41,293 nt of DNA, from the IMG/VR virus record IMGVR_UViG_3300043446_001070, positions 1-41,293 of that record. The stretch is one strand, 5' to 3'. The notes under the pieces are model-generated. The model searched no databases. It had not been told where the DNA came from and saw only the letters and a program-made list of their open reading frames with translations. This DNA comes from a virus (Duplodnaviria > Caudoviricetes). Positions 1 through 7,297 of the stretch are shown here, piece by piece (the stretch's first letter is position 1; each line of letters starts with the position of its first letter). The position numbers and the translations under genes are program-made.

Positions 1-27
1 AGTGCTATCGATTAGATTGCAACCGCG

Positions 28-1176
28 CTAAAGACTGGCAATAATTGCCCAGCCGGTGCCTGCGCCTTCTGCCATCCATCTCGGTCCCCAATTTTTGCGG
101 CTATAGGCCAAGCCGGCGCCGCGATTGCCCAAATAGCTACCCTCTGCCACCAGCATCTCACCCCACGGATCGTTAACAATCACTGCAGTCGGCGTGCACC
201 CGATCACCGTCAACCAATGCCCGCCGCCCGTGGGTGCAGTGCTTGGCCCATGATGCAAAAACCCGCATGGCACTGGAATGCCTTGATTGATCTGCTTCTC
301 AAGATCCGCCCAACCGCATTTTTGGCTGAAGCTAGCTTTAATGCCAAAATCGCCAAGCGCTTTTAACTGAGCTAAATGATTGGTGGTGTCGCCATATTTC
401 ATGACCACCTGCAGGTATTGGTCGTCGGCGTTTGGCCCATGCAATTTGTCAGGGCGCAATGCAGCTACCAGCATGGCGCAGCTACTGCTGAAGCACATGC
501 GACTAGCTTGCCCTGACACTTGACTGTCGCGCTGGCTGAAATACGGCACACGCAGCGGGTTGCCTTGCCCGCCACAAAACAGCTCAATTTCAGCACGGCG
601 CCGCCGTTCAAGGCCTGCTACTAGAGCCTCGCCAGCATAGGACCACTTGGGCAGCTCCTGCCGTACTACCAAGCAGGCTGGCTCACCCGCGTTGAGCCTT
701 TTGCGCAAAGTTGATGTTTCTACCGCTCCGAGCCCAACGTTATACGCAAAGCTGATGATGGCGGCCACCTGCTCAGGTTGCCATGATCTAGCGCTTGGGA
801 TCAAATGAAATACGCCAGGCGCATAAACAGTCTCCACTTCACTAGACAACAGCTCATCGGCCATCTCTTGCGTGATCTTGTCGCCAAGCCGGACTTGTGT
901 ATCTATTAGCCGGGTGGAGCCCCATCCAATGGTTGGCACGCCAGCAGGACACACATACGCGTCTAGTTTGCAGCCTTCATACTCTTTGATTAGCTTTAAT
1001 GCTGAAGCTAGCCATGGCGGCGGCGGTGGCGGCTTAATTTCAGGCCCAGCCCGATACAACTCAGCAAACTCTGCCAATTGATCAGGATTAAGTTGATCCT
1101 CTAGCCAGTTCCAAGCCGCTATTTGGTGTGGCTGCGACCGATACCATTTAGCGGCTTGCGTTAGGCGGATGCTCAT
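28..1176 (-). CDS. Endolysin: N-terminal helical domain, GH24 phage lysozyme and C39-like cysteine peptidase
   Basis: LIKEYEGCKLDAYVCPAGVPTIGWGST and GLERRRRAE are GH24 motifs. VPYFSQRD...CFSSSCAM...GHWLTVIG...NDPWG is C39-like (Q/C/H/D). Lies at the end of the late region. Confidence 0.88.
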   Translation of the reverse strand: MSIRLTQAAKWYRSQPHQIAAWNWLEDQLNPDQLAEFAELYRAGPEIKPPPPPPWLASALKLIKEYEGCKLDAYVCPAGVPTIGWGSTRLIDTQVRLGDKITQEMADELLSSEVETVYAPGVFHLIPSARSWQPEQVAAIISFAYNVGLGAVETSTLRKRLNAGEPACLVVRQELPKWSYAGEALVAGLERRRRAEIELFCGGQGNPLRVPYFSQRDSQVSGQASRMCFSSSCAMLVAALRPDKLHGPNADDQYLQVVMKYGDTTNHLAQLKALGDFGIKASFSQKCGWADLEKQINQGIPVPCGFLHHGPSTAPTGGGHWLTVIGCTPTAVIVNDPWGEMLVAEGSYLGNRGAGLAYSRKNWGPRWMAEGAGTGWAIIASL

Positions 1177-1418
1177 TGCAGTCTGCTTTCAAGTTTGGCA
1201 ATACGCTGTTCAATTGCGTTGAGCCGTGGATACAGCTCTTGCCGATCGTCTTTTATTTCTTGCCTTAATAGCGACACTTCGCCGGCAATATGCTCAACGG
1301 CCACGGTCAACCGCACCACAGCCTTAGCGGCTTCGTCGTCGCGTTTGACAAAGTTGCCGATGCTACTAGCGCTAATAACGACTACAGCACCAACTATGGC
1401 TGCGGCTACTTCAATCAT
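1173..1418 (-). CDS. Small membrane-anchored coiled-coil protein of the lysis cassette (holin/spanin-like)
   Basis: Hydrophobic N-terminus followed by heptad-like helix; overlaps the endolysin start by ATGA. Confidence 0.55.
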   Translation of the reverse strand: MIEVAAAIVGAVVVISASSIGNFVKRDDEAAKAVVRLTVAVEHIAGEVSLLRQEIKDDRQELYPRLNAIEQRIAKLESRLQ

Positions 1419-1421
1419 TGG

Positions 1422-1586
1422 TCAGCGCCGCCGCCCTTTCTTTTGTTGATCTGCAGCTGCAATGCCTTGCAGAGCCGCAATGACAAGCTGCACCCATCCA
1501 TTGGCTTTTACGTTAGGCATGTAGCTTAGAAGCTCACTGCCTGCTAGCAGCGCCACGGCAATAGCCGCTATCTGTTCAGTTGTCAT
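1422..1586 (-). CDS. Putative holin-like protein, 54 aa (not in ORF track)
   Basis: Translated by hand: MTTEQIAAIAVALLAGSELLSYMPNVKANGWVQLVIAALQGIAAADQQKKGRRR*. Two hydrophobic segments and a basic C-terminus, directly upstream of the lysis genes. Confidence 0.65.
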   Translation of the reverse strand: MTTEQIAAIAVALLAGSELLSYMPNVKANGWVQLVIAALQGIAAADQQKKGRRR

Positions 1587-1610
1587 GCTGCAGTAGCAGA
1601 TACAACAAGC

Positions 1611-2060
1611 CTAGCTTGCTGAAGCAGACCCAGCATTGAGGGATGCGCTTATGCTGGCTAGCAATCCAATGCCAAATCCGCTTTGCCTTCTTGGCACGCT
1701 TGATAATGTAACCGAAATATCAATGCGCCCTTCAATGCGGTGTGTTTCTTCAATAGGCGCTGCATAACGCCATGCCACGTTCAATGGCGCTAAGCCTGAA
1801 ATATCATCATGCCCCAGCCACACATCACTTGATAGGTCAAAACTGATAAAGCCGCCCTGCTGCGTTCGGTAATGATCCCTAATTAAACTAGCATCAGCTT
1901 GAGATAATGCGACGTAATTAAGACGCAGTTGGAAGCTATATCCAAGGTTGCCGTGCTTAAACCGGACATTGCCGCCGCCGAACCCGCGCTCTTCTGTAAC
2001 AGGAAATTCCGCTAGAGCATAACCCCTGGACGACGGCGTTAATGCCGGAAAGTCGGCCAT
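1611..2060 (-). CDS. Minor tail protein, paralogue of 3645..4400
   Basis: Start better placed at ATG 2060 (MADFPALTPSSR), which overlaps the upstream TGA. Shares FPxLxPSxR, HYxxQxG, FDLxxDxW and WRYAxP with 3645..4400. Confidence 0.7.
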   Translation of the reverse strand: MADFPALTPSSRGYALAEFPVTEERGFGGGNVRFKHGNLGYSFQLRLNYVALSQADASLIRDHYRTQQGGFISFDLSSDVWLGHDDISGLAPLNVAWRYAAPIEETHRIEGRIDISVTLSSVPRRQSGFGIGLLASISASLNAGSASAS

Positions 2061-2476
2061 CAGTTTTGGAGGGTAATCGTGCTGGCTCCAAGGGAGAAGG
2101 TCGCGCCGCTTGCGGATACATCGCCGCCAAAATCGACATAGCAAACCAGCTCATCTGCGCTAGATGCGCCGCCACGTGATTTGTAGATTACGGCACCTCT
2201 GGCCGTAATAGTTGCCGTAGTCCAATTGACGGACGCAAAGCTAAGGGTGACTTTATCTAATGCAGTATCTTTGGTCACCGTGCAGGCGGTGGTACTGCCG
2301 CCTGCCGTGTAGCCAGTGCCAGAGACTTCATTGGTTACCGAAGACCTTTTAAGGTGTGCGTCTTTATCGGCCGCATAAGTGCTGGTGACCAGCATGACTT
2401 TGAAAGTATCTGTATCAAAGTCAATGGCACCTTTGGCCATGTCATCAATACAGCTGTTGTAGATTAGGCTGGCCAT
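2060..2476 (-). CDS. Virion structural protein, paralogue of 14311..14730
   Basis: DFDTDTFKVML ... DELVCYVDFGGD ... GATFSL pattern also present in 14311..14730; Thr/Ser-rich; tail region. Confidence 0.7.
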   Translation of the reverse strand: MASLIYNSCIDDMAKGAIDFDTDTFKVMLVTSTYAADKDAHLKRSSVTNEVSGTGYTAGGSTTACTVTKDTALDKVTLSFASVNWTTATITARGAVIYKSRGGASSADELVCYVDFGGDVSASGATFSLGASTITLQN

Positions 2477-2499
2477 AGGACTGATGCGTTAAAGGAAGT

Positions 2500-3279
2500 C
2501 TAGGCGTTAGGGAACGGAGCTGTAGGCGCCGTGAAGTTAGCCGTGTAGCGGGCAATGCCTTTGGTGATGCGGAAATCGTCGATATAGCCATTGCAATATC
2601 TATTTGTTGAACTTGTAACTGCAAACCCGATATTGGGAGACTGCCCTGCAGGGGCGGCTAGGCTACTTGTTGCCGTAGCCGCCACGATACCATTCACAAA
2701 ACTACGCCACGTATTTCCATCTCTAGAAACAGCGAGATGCGTCCATGTATTTGCAGTTACAGCGGACGCGCTGCTTAGAAGATCAACAAAGCTAGATGCC
2801 GTCTCCATGTAAGCCTGAAAAGACCCATCAGTCAAGACTGCTATTTGCAATCTATTTGGGTTTCCACTGCCGTAATAGTACAGGCCATTCACCGCAGAAA
2901 GGGAGTTTATGTAGATCCATGCTTCCCACGTGAAGCTGCTAGCGCCAAACTCAAATACAGAGTTTGCCGCGACACTTAGGTAGTCGCCACTTCCGTCAAG
3001 GTACAAGCTCGATCCCCCAAACTTGCTCTGCGCCGTCGAGATCTGCGCATTGCCGTTTGCTGTAACGCTTAGCGCATTCTTGCTGCTATCGGTGAACGTT
3101 GTACTGCCGTTGCTGCCATCCATGTGCAGCAGCAGGCTGACGCTATCAAAGCTGGCGTCGCCAATCCACGCATTCTGCCGCTGATATACAACCTGCTCGT
3201 TTGGCGTCCATATCCCTACGGCAGCACCACGGCGAGAGGTTCGTGCGGCTCCAAGCAGTCCGCCATTGCAGCCGATCAT
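2500..3279 (-). CDS. LamG/concanavalin-A-like lectin-domain tail protein (candidate receptor-binding protein)
   Basis: VSLLLHMDGSNGSTTFTDSS...FTWEAWIY...WTHLAVSRDG...GYIDDFRITKGIARY is a typical phage LamG domain. Confidence 0.85.
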   Translation of the reverse strand: MIGCNGGLLGAARTSRRGAAVGIWTPNEQVVYQRQNAWIGDASFDSVSLLLHMDGSNGSTTFTDSSKNALSVTANGNAQISTAQSKFGGSSLYLDGSGDYLSVAANSVFEFGASSFTWEAWIYINSLSAVNGLYYYGSGNPNRLQIAVLTDGSFQAYMETASSFVDLLSSASAVTANTWTHLAVSRDGNTWRSFVNGIVAATATSSLAAPAGQSPNIGFAVTSSTNRYCNGYIDDFRITKGIARYTANFTAPTAPFPNA

Positions 3280-3638
3280 CAGCTGATCTCCTCGTAGCCG
3301 ATCACCAGTTCTAGGTCGCTAGCCGCTGATGCCTTAGCCCGCAGGCTGTCGCCTTCTTCCAAATAGATGTAACCCTCGCGGGTCACCAGCAGCTGGGTCG
3401 CATCGGCTGGAACTGCAATGGTCTTGGCCAGGTAGTAATCGGTGGTGCCGTTGTAGATGGTGAGATCAATATCTGCGGCGTTGGTGCCATCCACATTGGC
3501 GCAGTAGACGCTGTTGATCTTCAGCACCTTGCCCGATGCGGCGCTATTGCTCAGCGCAGCAGCAAGGGTGGCCGTCACGGCATAGCGTGCCGTCTTGCCC
3601 GTGATCGTTGTTGGCGATTTTAGATTTGGTGCCGCCAT
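3279..3638 (-). CDS. Tail/virion structural protein
   Basis: MAAPNL...KINSVYCANVDG...YLEEGDSL, a family I associate with positions just upstream of LamG fibre genes; translationally coupled. Confidence 0.7.
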   Translation of the reverse strand: MAAPNLKSPTTITGKTARYAVTATLAAALSNSAASGKVLKINSVYCANVDGTNAADIDLTIYNGTTDYYLAKTIAVPADATQLLVTREGYIYLEEGDSLRAKASAASDLELVIGYEEIS

Positions 3639-3644
3639 CTCTTG

Positions 3645-4400
3645 TTAGTTGCCCCACCAGTCTATATAGGCTAGCGAATCCCAGCCAAACATTTGGATTG
3701 ACATATCAGACCAATAATCACTGGTAATTACATTGCCTGTGGTTGGCGCCGCTGAAATGCCAAGCGATATAGATAGATCGGCGCCGCTTGAGGCTGCTGC
3801 AATTCCAGCTGCAAATGTAGCCGATACTGAGAAGGCGCTGCCATTAGACGCCGCGGCTCCTGCTGCAGCCAGTGAAAATACAGCCGTTGCAGACAGGCCG
3901 GGAACCGTGAATACTGCAGGCGCAAGGCTGAGCGTGATTGATTGACTAATGCCACTTGCCGCAGCAGCCTGGCCGGCGCTAAGCGCAATTGCAATATCAA
4001 TTTTGCCGCCCTTCTGAATAACGCGATCTGCTGGCGCCGCTTGAAGCGATACCGTTACGTTATGCAATCCCGAAAAAATATCTTCAATTGATGGCGGCTC
4101 GGCGTACCGCCATACATAGCCAGTCAAGCTATAGTCGGCAACCGTATTAGCACCAATCCAAATGTCATTTGGCAAGTCAAAACTTTCATATGTTCCATAT
4201 TGGCCTTCATAATGAGCAAGAACACTCAGCATGGATGCTTCGCTGATGCCGGCAAACGTAACCCGCAATTGACTTGCTAGTACGACGTTTCCGTGCCGTA
4301 CGCTGGACTGCGCGCCAGCATATGCCTTAAAAGCTGTATGGGGATATTCGCCAGGCGTAAACGTCCGTGCGCTGGGTTTTAGGCTAGGAAATGTAGCCAT
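3645..4400 (-). CDS. Minor tail protein with Ala/Ser-rich C-terminal repeats
   Basis: MATFPSLKPSART; lies downstream of the tail tip gene; repeated ISLSAGAA-like segments. Confidence 0.7.
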   Translation of the reverse strand: MATFPSLKPSARTFTPGEYPHTAFKAYAGAQSSVRHGNVVLASQLRVTFAGISEASMLSVLAHYEGQYGTYESFDLPNDIWIGANTVADYSLTGYVWRYAEPPSIEDIFSGLHNVTVSLQAAPADRVIQKGGKIDIAIALSAGQAAAASGISQSITLSLAPAVFTVPGLSATAVFSLAAAGAAASNGSAFSVSATFAAGIAAASSGADLSISLGISAAPTTGNVITSDYWSDMSIQMFGWDSLAYIDWWGN

Positions 4401-4403
4401 GGT

Positions 4404-4571
4404 TTACCACTTGCCGTCAGGGCATTTTGATTGCGGCACGCGCACTTTGATAGGCAACAAACAGCCGCACAGCTTGCAAATCTGCATTGATTTGCTCATG
4501 TGCAAGCAGTCCTTGCAAATCGCCATCCGTGCTGTGCTGTCTAGCATTGTGGGCTGGTCTTCAGTGCTCAT
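4404..4571 (-). CDS. Small Cys-rich protein, 55 aa (DUF6171-like; not in ORF track)
   Basis: Translated by hand: MSTEDQPTMLDSTARMAICKDCLHMSKSMQICKLCGCLLPIKVRVPQSKCPDGKW*. Fills the intergenic gap. Confidence 0.7.
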   Translation of the reverse strand: MSTEDQPTMLDSTARMAICKDCLHMSKSMQICKLCGCLLPIKVRVPQSKCPDGKW

Positions 4572-4577
4572 GTCAGT

Positions 4578-6833
4578 TTATGCGGGTGGATACCCTGCTC
4601 CATAATCAGGAGGATATACATCTTGTCCATTAAACTGCATCACCCAATGCCCGTTGTATATCCAGCCCCGTACTTTGGTATTGTTTTGGCATACGCCTGG
4701 TCCGCCTAGGTATGTCTCAAACTGCCATACTCCATTTCTTTTTACTTCAATAGCAATCTTGCCCCAGCAAGGATTGCCGCAAGTCCATGCGTCAATGGTT
4801 TGATAACCGTAATTGTATAGCCTAAATCCTGTGACATTGTGATACGATGCCGAGGCATACGCAAATCCGCTTGATACAGGATTGGTGACTCCTGGCACAG
4901 CGCAGTTATCGACTTCATAATCGTATTTGGCCCATAGGCCAAATACAAGCGTGCCAGCTTGCTCAAACTCAATAGCTTGTCCACCGTAGCCGGTCGCCTC
5001 AACCTTAAATGGCGGTGTTTGAGAGGTGGTGCCATCTGGGCAGCGGCCAACACCTAGCACGGACACGCCTGCCGCGGTGGCATTATTGGTGATGATGTAT
5101 GTTTGAGCAATGCCCGCAGCAACTTGCGTAGTTTCTCCGGTTGCATCATCAACTAAATACCATTCAATATACGCGCCTGGGCAACCTGCATTATATGTCA
5201 GCTGGTTATTTGTTTGCGTAACGCTATCCGGCAAGCCAACTAGCCCAACAGTGCTATCAGCATTATCTGATGGCGTATTAGCCGCCGGATCATAGCCGCT
5301 GCTGTCGCTAATAAGTCCACCGCTTAAGTCAATCGGCAAATCATCAAATGTAAATCCGTCATAATCAAAAGGATCTTCGCTTGGAATTGAGCCGTCGCTA
5401 GCTGAGTTTAAGTCACAAACCAATCCGGTTCTATTGCTTGTTGCTGGCAATGCCGGCCCCACGGCGCTGGCCACATCTAATGCAGTTAGGCTGCGGCCTT
5501 GGCTGTCAACCGGAAAATGCGTGCATTCATACGTGACGTCGCCCGTCAATGTCTTAGTTATCCGTTCAACTTGATACATATAATTGAGAACGGATGCTGA
5601 CGCATCAGTGGCTTCACGTTGCAGCTTGACCTGGATAATGTCACCAGGTGAGATTAGCTTGTTATGCTTTTCGGGCCTAGCGGCAAACCGGATTGAATGC
5701 GTAGTATATGCGCGCTTTGAAAGAATATAAGCTCCAATTTTGACGGCATGGGTTTCATTAGTGCAAAATGCGCTAAGGTCGTGGCTTTCATATGGCCCAT
5801 CTATGGTCCGCCCAGCGTATCGCACTTCAGATGTCTTGACATAACCAATATCATCACCCGTTTCTTGTCGCCATGTGACTTGAGAGGTAAACAGCTGGCG
5901 GTCAGGCAGCGTAGTATATGTGATCTCTACAGACTCGTGGAGAATAATGCTTTCATCAAACGTGTACGCCGGTGCAATGGGCGTGGTTTTTATTGTGCCA
6001 TCGCTATTTGTTGGTAATACAGGGCGCAGGCCGCGCTTGCCGTTTGTATTGCTTTCGCACAAAAGAAAATATGGCGCCCATTGGGCTATTAAATCGGCGT
6101 AGTTGGAGCTGTCTTGAATGGTGCAATTGCATGTAAAGCTGTTGGCTTCTAGAAACAGCGCAGCCGACTCTAACGCGTCACTATCAATCAACGATGCTGG
6201 TACGCGGCCAGTGCTTTGAATCATCCAGTTTGCAAGATCGGCGAAATTATCGCTGGGCCCTACAATGCCATCTACTAATCGCGTTACCCACATGCCGCCA
6301 CGAATAAAAAAATGCACCTGGCGATTCCACTGATCAACCCCATCGGGAACCGTGACTCGGAATGACGCCGTGGTCATGCCTGAATACAATCCAACAGTGC
6401 CGCAATAATATGGGCATTCAGGCAAGTCATAGCCATCACGGGCAACAATATAGTTGCCGGGCAGCCAAGATCCTGCTCGGGTGTTGTAGGACTGCGTATG
6501 CGCGCCAATCCTGCAAGAGCCTTGAAAGACATCTTTGACAGGGATGCTGTCTAATCTGCCCTCGCTTAGCGCAAGAACATAACGTGCCGTAACGGCATTG
6601 TTTATGTCATTTGTAAACCTAGCCTCAGTAGCACCAGGGCTAATTAGGATGCCTCCTTTGCCATTTCGCCGTCTAGCGAAAACAATCGGCACTGGCTCAC
6701 CAATCTGTATCGCACGCTGTTGCGCATCAAGTTGGCTTGCGCCTTTTGCCGCAGTTGTTACCGCAGGCGTAGTGACGCGCCCTGTCTGAATTGCGAGCAG
6801 ATCAATGGGAGCACTAGCAAATGAGAAAGTCAT
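4578..6833 (-). CDS. Tail tip / central hub protein (lambda J-like host specificity)
   Basis: 751 aa; IGEPVPIVF N-terminus and ISPGDIIQV motif; second gene after the tape measure. Confidence 0.75.
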   Translation of the reverse strand: MTFSFASAPIDLLAIQTGRVTTPAVTTAAKGASQLDAQQRAIQIGEPVPIVFARRRNGKGGILISPGATEARFTNDINNAVTARYVLALSEGRLDSIPVKDVFQGSCRIGAHTQSYNTRAGSWLPGNYIVARDGYDLPECPYYCGTVGLYSGMTTASFRVTVPDGVDQWNRQVHFFIRGGMWVTRLVDGIVGPSDNFADLANWMIQSTGRVPASLIDSDALESAALFLEANSFTCNCTIQDSSNYADLIAQWAPYFLLCESNTNGKRGLRPVLPTNSDGTIKTTPIAPAYTFDESIILHESVEITYTTLPDRQLFTSQVTWRQETGDDIGYVKTSEVRYAGRTIDGPYESHDLSAFCTNETHAVKIGAYILSKRAYTTHSIRFAARPEKHNKLISPGDIIQVKLQREATDASASVLNYMYQVERITKTLTGDVTYECTHFPVDSQGRSLTALDVASAVGPALPATSNRTGLVCDLNSASDGSIPSEDPFDYDGFTFDDLPIDLSGGLISDSSGYDPAANTPSDNADSTVGLVGLPDSVTQTNNQLTYNAGCPGAYIEWYLVDDATGETTQVAAGIAQTYIITNNATAAGVSVLGVGRCPDGTTSQTPPFKVEATGYGGQAIEFEQAGTLVFGLWAKYDYEVDNCAVPGVTNPVSSGFAYASASYHNVTGFRLYNYGYQTIDAWTCGNPCWGKIAIEVKRNGVWQFETYLGGPGVCQNNTKVRGWIYNGHWVMQFNGQDVYPPDYGAGYPPA

Positions 6834-7294
6834 AAGCGGCAGCCTTGACCCATGATCTGCGTTGTGAATGATCGCGGCGGGATTTGCGAGCCGACAGGGC
6901 TAAGCGCTGATCCTAGCGAAAGGGTAATGCTAGTTAACCCACTAGTGCCACCTATGACTTGACCAGTAAACGCGCCAATCAATAATTGACCAAGCTGTGG
7001 CGATTCGTTGCCTTTTAGGGCATCGAATTCATAGATCTGTAATTCTGCCAGCAAGCCAGAGTTGATCGCATTCTCAAATGCTTCAATTACGTAAGTCGTG
7101 GCTGGCGCCCTAACTAGCACATTTGATTCATCGCCACTCATGCCATTAGTAAAGCCTTCGGCAATAAATGGGACGTATGTCCATTGATTGTTTTGCCAAA
7201 CCACCGCATCATTGGCATAGTAGCTTTGCCATCGCTGCGTAGTAGCGCCTGCATTGCTAAATATCCGTAGGTACTGCGCTTGTGCCCTTGCCAT
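6830..7294 (-). CDS. Minor tail tip protein
   Basis: Immediately after the tape measure; C-terminal QIPPRSFT is typical of tail-tip hub proteins. Confidence 0.65.
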   Translation of the reverse strand: MARAQAQYLRIFSNAGATTQRWQSYYANDAVVWQNNQWTYVPFIAEGFTNGMSGDESNVLVRAPATTYVIEAFENAINSGLLAELQIYEFDALKGNESPQLGQLLIGAFTGQVIGGTSGLTSITLSLGSALSPVGSQIPPRSFTTQIMGQGCRL

Positions 7295-7297
7295 TGG

